Below, in pieces: positions 31,414 to 43,862 of a stretch of DNA of 64,000 nucleotides. The number at the start of each line of letters is the position of its first letter. Position 1 is the first letter of the stretch. Source of the stretch: Eledone cirrhosa (Eukaryota); contig OZ024762.1 in assembly GCA_964016885.1 (NCBI GenBank), forward strand, positions 806,001-870,000. The letters run 5' to 3'. A program made the position numbers and the translations under genes. The notes under the pieces were generated by a model. It was not told the DNA's origin. It was given only the letters and a program-made list of their open reading frames with translations, and made no database searches.

Positions 31414-31469
31414 GTATGTACTTATTGTCTGTACCTATTGTCTCCTATAAGTTATTTAGTTTAGGTATT

Positions 31470-31730
31470 TGGTAGGTGCTGGATCTTGTGGTGTTGGACC
31501 TGCGATCATAATGTTGCGGGTTCCATTCCTGGACTAGGTTGAGTGTTGAGTTGAGTTGTCTTCTTGAACAAAACACTTCATTTCATGTTGCTCCAGTATA
31601 CTCAGCTGAAAATATGTACCAGTAATAGCTGGGGGTTTAACCCTGCAATGGACTGGTGTCCTGTCCAGGGGGGGGGGGGGGGGGGGAGTCTTGAACTGTG
31701 TCACTTAATGCCATGGAAACTTGGATAAAC
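31470..31730 (+). mobile_element. CORE-type tRNA SINE
   Basis: gggttccattcc B-box-like sequence and cttgaacaaaacacttcatttc..gctccagt..ctcagctg core; reverse copies at 42850-42980 and 1245-1350. Confidence 0.65.
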
Positions 31731-31829
31731 TCTGTTAACCACACCTGCCATACCTTCATCACCTCGTTAATTATGTTGCCTCGTTAACAACATCACCTGG
31801 TATAACTAATTATTTTGACTATATTTCAG

Positions 31830-31937
31830 AACACAGAACAAAGAAATAATGCTAAGATTATTGAGCAATGCCAGAAACATGTTCAGGAGACGTACATTGA
31901 ATGTGAGCAGAAGATTTTGTTGAAAGGAGAAAATATG
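31830..31937 (+). CDS. CCDC73: CCDC73-like exon 4
   Basis: tttcag|NTEQRNNAKIIEQCQKHVQETYIECEQKILLKGENM|gtaaat; 108 nt. Confidence 0.85.
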
Positions 31938-31978
31938 GTAAATATATATTTATAGAATGAAATACAAAGTAGTTGAGA

Positions 31979-32427
31979 TGGTAAAGTTCATTTATAAGGT
32001 TGTTTTATATAACGACATTTCAATAAAGGAACTTTAACATTTAGCAGCATAGTGTATAAATGTTATTGAGACACGAGTAACATAATAATGATGTCAACAG
32101 CAGAAATTAGAGATGAAATGTATGTTTATTTTTGTTGTAGCACAAATAATATTTGTTAACTTGTATGGTTGAAGTTACACATAAAATGAGGTTACAAAAG
32201 GGAATGTGCCATTGTGCCGGAAAGCCGGCAGGTCAAAGTGCAAAATCTCACCGTCACATGTACGTGTTGCTGGTTCGAAGTTCCGGGTGCGAGAAAGAGA
32301 TTCTTCAAATCTTCGCGGGGAATCTCTCGCTCAGGGCACGTAGGGATATATCCTCTTCTACTGGCGTTGATTGGCTGAGCTGAGCCAAACCACGCACAGA
32401 GAAGCCCGCGGAATGTAGGTCACTACA
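31979..32427 (-). mobile_element. Possible solo LTR
   Basis: Minus strand reads TGTAGTG...CCA with CCAAT, a TATA-like box and AATAAA in order; CpG-rich; no clear TSD. Confidence 0.35.
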
Positions 32428-32502
32428 AACATCTCAACTACTTTGTATTTCATTCTAAATATTCAGTTCTTGAATGGAATTGCATCAATGTTTTATTGTA
32501 TG

Positions 32503-32560
<58 letters not shown>

Positions 32561-33181
32561 GTATATATTGAGTTAGAAACTCAAAATAGTCTCTTACAAT
32601 TAAATAGCTCAAGGAAAGAGATTTTTCCAAGCCGTAAATTATAATTGAATGTAAAAGAGAAATAAACACAGATATGCTAAACGATGATGATGATATAGAC
32701 TTATGTGTTCAAATCGTAAGGGACCAAGACCGCTAGGGTGAAAAAGATACTATCACCAATATTGGTCCTTTACGATTTGAACACATACGTCTATATATCT
32801 GTTTATTTCTCTTTTATATACAATTATAATTTATATATATATATACAGGGTGACCACAAAAACACTCCAACACAGTCCACCTACGTTGTTGCGGAGTGAA
32901 CGCCATCTTGAATTACACTGCCATCTAGTGGATCAAGTCAATTCTAACTCCATCATTTATAGTGAGTCCTGGGCTATCTGTTTCCTCTCTCTCCCCACAG
33001 ATCCTACAGAGCAGGCTAGACCCCTTCTTATCAATATAGTGTTTCATCCACTTCATTATAAGGGCTCGATTCTGTGCAGCCAGTTGTATTCCATCTGTAA
33101 CTTTGTTAAGGTCCCCTTTAACCAGTCCCATGTAAATTGTAGACCATGTATCTTGATTTCATGTTTCTTTTACCCCCTTAG

Positions 33182-33256
33182 GAAAAATATCGACTTTTTT
33201 ATCTCAACAAAGAAGAAGAAATTGCAGCTTTAAAAGAGGAAATAAAGAATTTACAG
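33182..33256 (+). CDS. CCDC73: CCDC73-like exon 5
   Basis: ccccttag|EKYRLFYLNKEEEIAALKEEIKNLQ|gtgttg; compare recalled human [25 protein letters not shown]. Confidence 0.85.
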
Positions 33257-34300
33257 GTGTTGTGTTATTAATTTATATTTATATATACAGGTGTTGTGTT
33301 ATTAATTTATATTTATATATACAGGTGTTGTGTTATTAATTTATATTTATATATACAGGTGTTGTGTTATTAATTTATATTTTTATATATGAAGTTGACC
33401 TGAAAAGTTCATAGGCTGAGCAAGAAGCTGTCATGAAAGGTGACCAAATGAGGTTTCTATTTCACCATAGTTCCCCTTGCGGTCCACAAACTTCTCCCAG
33501 CGGTGTTACAGTACTTGGACCCATTAGTAAAGAAGCTTTCACCGTTGAAGCCAAGGAAAACAATGCTCAATCTATTGCAAGATAGTTTATTTCATCATCA
33601 TCATCATTGTTTAACATCCATTTTCCAGGCTTGCATGGGTCAGACAGGTCCTCTGTGTTGAGAGACAAGTCTGACCAGAAATGGCCACACCCTACCTTGC
33701 TCCACGGGAACTGTCAATTTGGCCGGAGTTTTTACAGCTGGATACCCTCCCTAACACCAACCATATTTACTATATTAAAATTTCATACATTTAATATGTA
33801 TGCTTCACCTTTGGTTTCGGGTTCCAGTTATGGCCACCACTGAATAGTTGAGGAGCAGTTCCAATACTGGCCTCTTTCGTCAGGTGCTAGAACAGAATTT
33901 TGCCTTAGCACCTGATGAGACAGACCAGTCTTAGAACAGCTCCTGATCTAGACAATGGTGGCCATATCTGGACCCTGAACCCTAAGGTCTCACATACATG
34001 TTAATATATACTAATATATATATACTAATACGGCGAAGAATTTGTTTTGCAAGATTTTTGACGTGAAATCATGTGTTGAAACAAATATTGTTATATTTAG
34101 GGAGGGTCATATTGTTATAATATTACCAGAAATATAGTAAAACACACTCTCTCTTTGGTTTGGATTACATATAAATGTATGTATATGCACACACATACAC
34201 GTCAGCATATGGAAAAAATATGCTAGTGTATATAAACTTGTAGACCACACGAAGGAAAGGGGACTTGTAAGATATTTTATGTTTGTATATTATTTTCCAG

Positions 34301-34475
34301 CTTGAAAACTTTGGCTACCAAAAGCAACTTAAAGACCAGGAACAGAAAATTGAGTTACAAAAGATGATGGCGGAGCACCATGTGAAGCAAATATCTGAGG
34401 TGGAATCTAAATTTATCTCTGTTAATACACATGTTCAACAGTTGGGTCTGTCACAGAAGTCTTTGAAGGAAAATG
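34301..34475 (+). CDS. CCDC73: CCDC73-like exon 6
   Basis: ttccag|LENFGYQKQLKDQEQKIELQKMMAEHHVKQISEVESKF..SLKEN(V)|gtaagt; phase 1. Confidence 0.88.
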
Positions 34476-34940
34476 GTAAGTGGCTAACGGTGGTTATAGA
34501 GATGTTGGATCCATGCTAGGGTGAAAGATCGTCATTAAACAATGATTGGTTACAGGTATATATATATTGGTTGGAAAACTAGAGAGAGACATTGGATATA
34601 TTGGTTGGTTTGAGAACTAGAGAACTTTGCTACTTTATCCCTAAAAACTCTCTCAGCCCTAAACATCTTTAACCCTTTAGCATTTAAAGCAGCTGTATCT
34701 ACCATGAAAATACAATAGTATATATAGAGTAATGTAAATGTTATGTGAGATATTATGTGAGGTAAAGCCTTTACTGTGAAAATACAATAGTATATATAGA
34801 GTAATGTAAATGTTATGTGAGATATGTGAGGTAAAGCCTTTACTGTGAAAATACAATAGTATATATAGAGTAATGTAAATAGTAAAGGGTTAAATGATAA
34901 AATAAAAGTAGTTTTTTATGCCACGAAATGCAATAATTAT

Positions 34941-35657
34941 TTATTCCTGTAAATCCTTTAAACGGTTAATAACATGGGATTTTTTACTTTGTTGGGTAGC
35001 ATCCATTCTAAACCAACTCTCCGATTTATTTGGAAATTTTAATGACTGTTTTTCTTGTTTATGTCCCAGTTTTACATTTTCATTCACACAGTTTTGTTGT
35101 GGCTTTCGGTATTTTGTGTTTAGATTTGGCAACGTTAGTCTTTCTTTGTCACAAAATATGTCTTTGTTTACTTTAAAACATTTTAATTTTTCAGTCCCAT
35201 GCTCTGATCCCTGGTTTATATCTTGCCAAGGTCCTAAATTATTATCCTTCATTAGTTTTAAGTTTAAATCTCTCAACTCTTTTATCAATTCAAGTAAATG
35301 GTTTAATAGTTGTCTCGTAGTGAGTTCTTCGCTGCTAAAAGTCATACTTTCTTGTCGGGATGAATATATATTTAGTAGAATTTCTAAAACAGAATCTTTG
35401 ATTTTTTTACACTTTTTATGTTCCTTATCGAGTTGTTTTAAAACTGCCTTCAGTTTAGCTTGCCAATTATTTCTTTCAATTTGAAGACACAAACAGAACC
35501 TCTTCTCTAGTTCTTCATAAGGACTGCTCACAAGAACAGACTGGGTTCTCTTTAAAATATCAGGGTCGATGTGCCGTATTGGGGGCATCAGTTTACAACA
35601 TTCTGTCTTCTTTGTTCCTTTGTTTTTCAGTTTTGTTCCTTCAGAAATTCTTTTCAT
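34941..35657 (-). CDS. Nested antisense gene A, 238-aa uncharacterised coiled-coil protein (single coding exon)
   Basis: Non-repetitive ORF from caccATG (MKRISEG..); polypyrimidine/AG acceptor about 21 nt upstream (exon starts 35678); homologous to 40475-41653. Confidence 0.75.
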   Translation of the reverse strand: MKRISEGTKLKNKGTKKTECCKLMPPIRHIDPDILKRTQSVLVSSPYEELEKRFCLCLQIERNNWQAKLKAVLKQLDKEHKKCKKIKDSVLEILLNIYSSRQESMTFSSEELTTRQLLNHLLELIKELRDLNLKLMKDNNLGPWQDINQGSEHGTEKLKCFKVNKDIFCDKERLTLPNLNTKYRKPQQNCVNENVKLGHKQEKQSLKFPNKSESWFRMDATQQSKKSHVINRLKDLQE

Positions 35658-35829
35658 GGTGAGATTTAGAGAAATTATCTTTATTAAAAAATAGAGAGAG
35701 AGAAATAGAGAAAGGTTAATAGGTATTGTTCTCAAAATAAATAATATCAAAATCTCATAGATTCGATATTATGTGAGGTAAAGCCTTTACTGTGAAAATA
35801 CAATAGTATATATAGAGTAATGTAAATGT

Positions 35830-37093
35830 TATAATAATAATAATAATAATGAAATTATTGTGTAAAGTGCTCAGGTGCACTACAACTCATCAAAGGTGTA
35901 TGTATAGTACATAGAATAATACACAAATGTCAGGGAAGTGAATAGTGTATGAATCATGGTATACATGTGTGTATGTGTATGGAGGGGGAGAACATTAGCT
36001 GTAGTGTTGGCGGATCTCAGGAAGCATGGAGGCCTTAAAGGATGCAGTGTCTCGACAGCTAACAACTGATGCAGGTAGTTTGTTCCATGGAGGTTTTAAA
36101 GGATGCAGTGTCTCGACAGCTAACAACTGATGCAGGCAGTTTGTTCCATGGAGGTTTTAAAGGATGCAGTGTCTCGACAGCTAACAACTGATGCAGGCAG
36201 TTTGTTCCATGGAGGTTTTAAAGGATGCAGTGTCTCGACAGCTAACAACTGATGCAGGCAGTTTGTTCCATGCTTCAGCAACTCTGAGCGTGAAAAAATG
36301 TTTCCGAAAGTCATGGGAACTGTGCTGTTTTCTGACTTTGTGGGCATGCCCACGTGTGTTAGACACATGGAAATCAAAAAGGTACTCAGGGTTGTTGTTG
36401 GCAAGATGGTTAACAATTTTGTGAGTGTTTACCAAGTCAGTTGCCAGGCGTCGGAGCTTCAATGTATCCATGCCCAGGGAAGCAAGGCACTCAGAGTATG
36501 GTAGATGCCTGATGGAGGGTATTCGCTTGGTTGCACGTCTCTGAACAGTTTCCAGGCGGTCAATGTTCTGAGCAAGATAGGGGTTCCAGACTGGTGATGC
36601 AAATTCTAAGTGTGGCCGCACCATAGCCATGTACAGCCTTAAATAGATATCTGGAGAACGGCTGACAAAGGTCTTGCTGAGTGATGCTAAGATACCCTCG
36701 GCCCTCTTGACAATTTTAGAGACGTGCTTCGTCCAACGCAAATCACTGCTGACCGTAATGCCCAGGTCACGTTCACAAGAAGACTTCTTGATATTAGTGC
36801 TGTGGAGGGAGTATGTGGACGCTGGGTTTTTACTCCCAAAATGCATGGTGGTGCACTTGTCCACAGCTAGCTTGAGTTACCAGTCTGAGATCCATTGTTG
36901 CATTGTGTCCAGGTCAGACTGCAAGCAAGATCTATAGTGCTCAGGATCTGTCCTTTTTATCTCAAGGTACAGCTTGATGTCATCTGCGTACTTTAGTACC
37001 GTGGCATTCTTTAAGTTGGCATCTATGTCATTAATATATGCCACAAACAAAAGGGGGCCAAGAACAGATCCCTGTGGTACACCAGATGACATC
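35830..37093 (-). mobile_element. 5'-truncated CR1-clade LINE
   Basis: SGVPQGSVLGPLLF, YADD, RPHLEFASPVWNP, VQRRATK, TRGH, FFTLRV..WNKLP; frameshift near 36870; (TTA)n tail. 3' ends also at 39815-39910 (-) and 49745-49815 (+). Confidence 0.92.
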
Positions 37094-37104
37094 TCATATG
37101 GTGA

Positions 37105-37775
37105 GGAGTGAGATATTATGTGAGGTAAAGCCTTTACTGTGAAAATACAATAGTATATATAGAGTAATGTAAATGTTATGTGAGATATTATGTGAGGTAA
37201 AGCCTTTACTGTGAAAATACAATAGTATATAGAGAGTAATGTAAATGTTATGTGAGGTAAAGCCTTTACTGTGAAAATACAATAGTATATATAGAGTAAT
37301 GTAAATGTTATGTGAGATATTATGTGAGGTAAAGCCTTTACTGTGAAAATACAATAGTATATAGAGAGTAATGTAAATGTTATGTGAGGTAAAGCCTTTA
37401 CTGTGAAAATACAATAGTATATAGAGAGTAATGTAAATGTTATGTGAGGTAAAGCCTTTACTGTGAAAATACAATAGTATATATAGAGTAATGTAAATGT
37501 TATGTGAGATATTATGTGAGGTAAAGCCTTTACTGTGAAAATACAATAGTATATATAGAGTAATGTAAATGTTATGTGAGATATTATGTGAGGTAAAGCC
37601 TTTACTGTGAAAATACAATAGTATATATAGAGTAATGTAAATGTTATGTGAGATATTATGTGAGGTAAAGCCTTTACTGTGAAAATACAATAGTATATAG
37701 AGAGTAATGTAAATGTTATGTGAGGTAAAGCCTTTACTGTGAAAATACAATAGTATATAGAGAGTAATGTAAACG
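37105..37775. repeat. 60/71-bp tandem array inside a piggyBac-like MITE
   Basis: tatgtgaggtaaagcctttactgtgaaaatacaatagtatatatagagtaatgtaaatgt. Confidence 0.95.
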
Positions 37776-40019
37776 GTAAAGGGTTAAGGTAGAGAAATAA
37801 ACTTACCTAAATGACGGAAGTCTGTCGTCACCTGGTTACTGAGAATTGGACACAGGTAACTCAGGTGTTGCATCATTAATTAGCTGAGGTATTATATCAC
37901 TAATTACCTCACCTGTTGCAACGGATTTTTTTTTTTTTTAATTTGCAGGTGGAAACTTCATTTATTCCTGAGAGACCAATACTGCACCTAGTGTTTAGTA
38001 TTGTGTTAGTATTATTGGGGGGGGGGGGGGTAGTGAGGCTGTCGTGGGGGGTACAGGTTGTCTTAGTATTATTGGTGGTGCTGGGGGTTGTGTTGGTGGT
38101 AGAGGTGGGTGTGAGGTGATGCTGGGATGGAGGTTGTGATGGGGTGTTGGTGTTGTTGGTGGTGGTGGTGTTGTTGTTGTTGGTGGTGTTGTTGTTGTTG
38201 TTGTTGGTGGTGTTGTTGGTGGTGGTGGTGGTGGTGGTGGTGTTGGTGTTGTTGTTGTTGTTGTTGGTGGTGTTGTTGGTGTTGGTGGTGGTGGTGTTGT
38301 TGTTGTTGGTGGTGGTGTTGGTGGTGGTGGTGTTGTGGGATTAGATCCCATGTTGACAGGTAGGGAAACATTTCTCTTTGAAGATTGTTATAGATTTTAT
38401 TATCAGTGGTGGTGGTGGTGGTGGTGGTGGTGGTGGTGGTGGTGGTGGTGGTGGTGGTAGTAGTATTCCATTAAAACCTAATCAGTTGATGTCATGTAAC
38501 AATGGGATTTATTATTTATAAGTCATTAGATATATTGATTCCTTCTGGGGGGTGGGGGCTGGGTGGGCGTTCGTTCTGATCTCCTTTTTACATTATATTG
38601 TCAAGTAGTTATCTTGATAATTATAGGAAAGAAAATAATTTACCCCCCCCCCCCACTATCTCCTCTTTCTTTAGGTATTCCCTAATCAGTTTGTTTTATT
38701 TAAACATCATCATCATCATCATAATCACTGTGTAATGTCTATTTTCCATGGGTTTGATAGGTTGATGTAAACTAAATGACTAATTCTAGTTTTTAAAAAA
38801 AAACATCAACGGAGACAACCTAGAAATGATATTGATTTCCCCCTCCTGATTCCACCCCCCTGGTTATTCCAAGCCTATTCCAAGTGGTTCTACCTGGAGT
38901 GACTCTGACCTACCTCCGAGCTACACACTCTATTAAGTAACGTTACTCCAAAGACCCTTCGGAGGAACCCCATTTTGACCACTTGTATTCGCAATCATAT
39001 ACAAAAGGGCCAACTGGCTATTTAGAAATAGCCAGTTTTATCCCTGTCCATGGTCTTGGACCTTGGTAAGAAATTCATATTTCTATTCAGAGGACCCCAC
39101 TTTCAATGGGTACAGGATGAAGCTGAAGCATATATACAGTATGCCCCCCTCACACTGTAAAGTGGTCGTGTAGGTGTCACAACAAAAATCACCCAGTCCT
39201 CATTACATGAGGTTGGCATTAGGAAGGACATCCAGCCATAGGAACCAAGCCAGAATCAGTTCTGTATGAGAAACACATGGTCACCTGACCTACCCACAAC
39301 AGGACAACTTGTCTAACCCATGCTAGAGTGGGAAAATGGACATAAAAAGGTAATGGTGATGATGATGATTCAGAATAAAACTTCAAGCTGCTCAAATCAA
39401 GAAAACAACAACAAAAAAAAAACAGAAAAATAAACCCCTCCAAAAGTATCCCAAAACATACAAAATATACAATAAAAAGCTTTTAACATGTTTGTTAGAA
39501 GAGCGAGAGGTGGAGAGCTATTGTCCTGTTGTAAAACCTAATGTATCATATAATGGGGACTTCTGTTGACAGCATACATAGTGGGGTAACAACAACAACT
39601 GATTGATGAGAAATCAATAAATTTATTTGACAGTCTATTGTAATTTGATGACTGGATGTAGAGACAGTTTTGTTATTGATGAGGCGATTGGTTGGGTCTT
39701 AAGTTGATAAAGTAGGCTGGCTTTCATATATAGACTTAGACAGACAGACAGAGAGACATATTAATGGGGAGATGTGTTAGGTCTTAAGTTGATAAAGTAG
39801 GCTGGCTTTCATAAACAATAATAATAATGAAATTATTGTGTACAGTGCTCAGGTGCACTACAACTCATCAAAGGTACATGTATAGTACATAGAATAATGT
39901 ACAAATGTTTATAGGCTTAGACACACACACAGACAGACATAGAGAGACACAGACACTCACACAAACATAGACATAAACACTCACACACATATATATATAT
40001 TTATACACAACTTTCTTGA

Positions 40020-40245
40020 GACCGTGCCAGGTGATGTTGGCTGTCATCAGGTCCTTCCGGGACGTCGCCAGGTGATCCTTGGGCAACCCCGCCTCCGTTT
40101 ACTGCCAGGCAGAGTCCAGTTCATCGCTGTTTTCGAATGCCGTTTATTTGGCAGACGCAGAATATGGCGGCCAGCCAGACAGCACCGACGCTCCATGACC
40201 CCTCTCTGTAGCGTCCACGACTCGGCTGAGCTCCGCCATTTCAAC
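40020..40245 (-). mobile_element. RTE LINE 3' fragment
   Basis: GHILRLP..KTAMNWT..KRRRGCPRITWRR-like; similar decayed fragments at 60000-60300, 2590-2780 and 49500-49740. Confidence 0.7.
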
Positions 40246-40474
40246 AGCTAGATCCGAATTGTTGAAACAGCCGACTGGGTCCTGAATCTTTTCCTATTAC
40301 CCACTCTACTACCCCAAATATTGAGTACTCTGGTGGGTTATGGTCTACCTTGTTTTTACCACACGCTATCTGATATATGAGAGGCTGCTGTTTATAAATT
40401 AAATTTACCTTTAAACAAATTCTTTCTGCTCCCTGTTTCATGTGTAATTTGTTTGTTGTTTGTCTTCCCAAATT

Positions 40475-41653
40475 TCATGTTGATAATCTTCTGGCCCTTA
40501 TTAGTTTAATAGGGGGAAGATTATATTGAGCTTTGATTGTATTAACTAGGGGCTCATCTGTAGGGACACTACACTCCCTAATTGCTGTATATTCACTGTT
40601 AGGGGTCATTTTGGTAAACCTCATCATAGTTTCATTCAGGTTTACTTGGTTACTTACAAGAAACATTTTACCATTTTTATCAGTTTGTGTATTATTATGG
40701 CAGCCCAGTGATTCTTGTGACTCTGCTTCTTTTAAACCCTCACAAGAAGTGACATTTTTAAGGGAGCTGTTACATTCCGATCCTGTTTGGAATCTACTTG
40801 TTTGATGCCTGTTTCTAACTCTCCCATTGTTGTTGTTGTTGCTGTTAGCTAACATTGAATTTATTGCGGCTGTTGTTGAATCGATGGAATATTTGTTGTA
40901 TTTTTTAATAAAAGCACTTTTAGGATTAGAATTTGGGTTTGGATTAGATTCTTTCTGGATTTTATTGGTTGTAATCGAACTGGAATAAAGAAACATCCTT
41001 TGGAAATTCTCTTTATCTTTTTTAAGTTCCGATATAATCGAACGTAATTCTTGTTCCTGTTTCATCGCTTCTGACTGAACTTGTTTGGCTGATTGTAGTT
41101 CCCTCTCTAGGAACTGGTGTATACATTCAACAAGGTTGACCTTCATGTCAGGTTTTCTCTCCACCAAACAAAGACACTGCAAACGTTCTTGGATCAAAAA
41201 CTGCAATAATTCAGTCAAGAGATCGACATATTCTATAAAAACATTTTTCTTCTTATTTACCGAGAATGCTTGTTTTGAATAATTAATGGAACACGTCTCA
41301 AGACAGTTCAGTAAAGCTTCTAGGCTGTCTGTGAGGATTTTATCTGCAATTAATGCCTCCTTTCGATAGATCTCTATCTCCTTCAGTGCTGTTTGGAGTT
41401 TAGACTGCCAGCCTTGACGTTCATATTGTATTTGGGCGGTAAGCCACTTGGAAAGTTCAAATGCACTGCGGCGCCAATACTGCCCTTGTAGACCTCGTCC
41501 TGTGGTCTGCATAAACTGGTTAACTCGAGCTTGTATGTCACTGTCAGGTTTTGTGGTGCTAGCTGGTTGTAATATTGGTTGTTCCTGTAGAGCGGAGTAA
41601 CCATCTTTCTTCACACCATTGTTCCCATACTGTGATGGTATCTTCTCAGTCAT
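40475..41653 (-). CDS. Nested antisense gene B, 392-aa uncharacterised coiled-coil protein (single coding exon)
   Basis: 1179-nt non-repetitive ORF; acceptor tatttccag with exon starting 41712; shares the QxERxxWQxKL motif with gene A. Confidence 0.85.
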   Translation of the reverse strand: MTEKIPSQYGNNGVKKDGYSALQEQPILQPASTTKPDSDIQARVNQFMQTTGRGLQGQYWRRSAFELSKWLTAQIQYERQGWQSKLQTALKEIEIYRKEALIADKILTDSLEALLNCLETCSINYSKQAFSVNKKKNVFIEYVDLLTELLQFLIQERLQCLCLVERKPDMKVNLVECIHQFLERELQSAKQVQSEAMKQEQELRSIISELKKDKENFQRMFLYSSSITTNKIQKESNPNPNSNPKSAFIKKYNKYSIDSTTAAINSMLANSNNNNNGRVRNRHQTSRFQTGSECNSSLKNVTSCEGLKEAESQESLGCHNNTQTDKNGKMFLVSNQVNLNETMMRFTKMTPNSEYTAIRECSVPTDEPLVNTIKAQYNLPPIKLIRARRLST

Positions 41654-41882
41654 GCCTCACTGATCTCTTCTCCTTAATATTGGGGCTTCTTCTTCTTCTA
41701 CAATCATATCTTCTGGAAATAGACAAATAACTACGTTAGATTGTAAACAGGGAACTCACACACACACACACAAACATACGCCCACAAACATACATTCAGT
41801 TTTTTCCCTTCAAACTACTGGAGTTTATACACATTTATGAAGCTAGTTGAAGATATGTATATATATATATATATATATACAT

Positions 41883-41917
<35 letters not shown>

Positions 41918-42269
41918 GTATATCAAATTGTTTGTGATTCTTTTATTGAATGGTTTAGATGAAAACTGTGCAATATATGACACATGTTGCAACACGCCAC
42001 CATTAAATGATAGGAGGTGGAGGGGGGGGGGGGTCTTCCTGCCTTTCTTTTGTTAATGACACTTCAACTTCACTGTTCTGATTGACATTAAATTAACGAG
42101 CAACAACATGTGGTGGCGGTGGTGGTGGAGATGGGTAGTGGTGGTGGGTGTGGTAGTAGTGGGGGTGGTAGTAGTGGGGGGGAGAAGGTCAGGAACATAT
42201 TTAAAAGGATTATGCACTGAACAGACATTAATATATATACTCTATACAGTATACATATCTATCTATCTA

Positions 42270-42349
<80 letters not shown>

Positions 42350-42699
42350 ATGTGAGTTTTATTGTAGTACAATAAAGCAATGCAGATATCGGATAAGAAG
42401 CACTCTACAGTTTGTGGGACTGGAGTATACATAATATATAAGAACAAAAGATGGTTAAAGGAGTTCCATGTATTTTATTATGCGCATTTCAAAAACAAAT
42501 ATCATCATGCAATAATATTTGTGTTTTCACAAATTATTTTCCTCCTGTTTTATCTGATGAAAACACAAATATTATTGCATGATGATATTTGTTTTTGAAA
42601 TGCGCATAATAAAATACATGGAACTCCTTTAACCATCTTTTGTTCTTATATATTATATATATATATATACTATATATATATATACTATATATATATATA

Positions 42700-42743
<44 letters not shown>

Positions 42744-43084
42744 TCATCATTTTACGTCTGCCTTTCCCTGCTTGCAAGGGTGTATACATATATATGTGTG
42801 TGTGTGTATGTATATACACAGTATACATACATACACACAGCTCATTGTTCCCAGCTGAGTAGACACTGGAGCAACTGTGAAATAAAGTGTCTTGCTCAAG
42901 GACAGAATGCACCACCAGGAACTGAAGTCACGACCTGACGATTATGAGCTGAATACCCTAACCATAAAGTCTCGCACCTTCAGACCTGCATATTACACCT
43001 GTCTCTATATTACACCTGCCTCTACATCTTAATTAATTGGTTGACATAAGCATACACCTTTGTTTTGATAACCACCTCAGTCTG

Positions 43085-43145
<61 letters not shown>

Positions 43146-43280
43146 GTATATATGTATATATATATATACATATATGTATATATATATATACATATATACA
43201 TATATGTATATATGTATATATATATATACATATATGTATATATGTATATATATATATATATATACATATATGTATATACA

Positions 43281-43357
<77 letters not shown>

Positions 43358-43361
43358 GTAT

Positions 43362-43463
<102 letters not shown>

Positions 43464-43823
43464 TGTATATACATATATGTATATATATGTATATACAGAC
43501 CTCAGATTGCTGAAACTCACGGTGGAGATGACGAAGGACCGTGACAAGTGGAGAGATGCTGTGCTGAATAAGACCCGTCCCACCCTTGCAAGCAGGGAAA
43601 AGCGGACGGAAAATGTTGATGATGATGATGATAATATATACAACGAGAGATAGAGCGAGTTATAGTGTACTTGACCACTGTACACAATAATTTTCATTAT
43701 TATGTATATATGTGTGTGTGTGTATGTATATAAATATATATATACATATATATATATTTTGCCTCCTGTCATTTCACTTCATAATATATATATATACACA
43801 CACACACACACATATATATATAT

Positions 43824-43862
<39 letters not shown>

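Noticed and set aside
35658-35750. N-terminal 31 aa of the listed 269-aa ORF
   Set aside because: Non-ATG start lying in MITE sequence and the polypyrimidine tract; the real start is probably ATG 35657.
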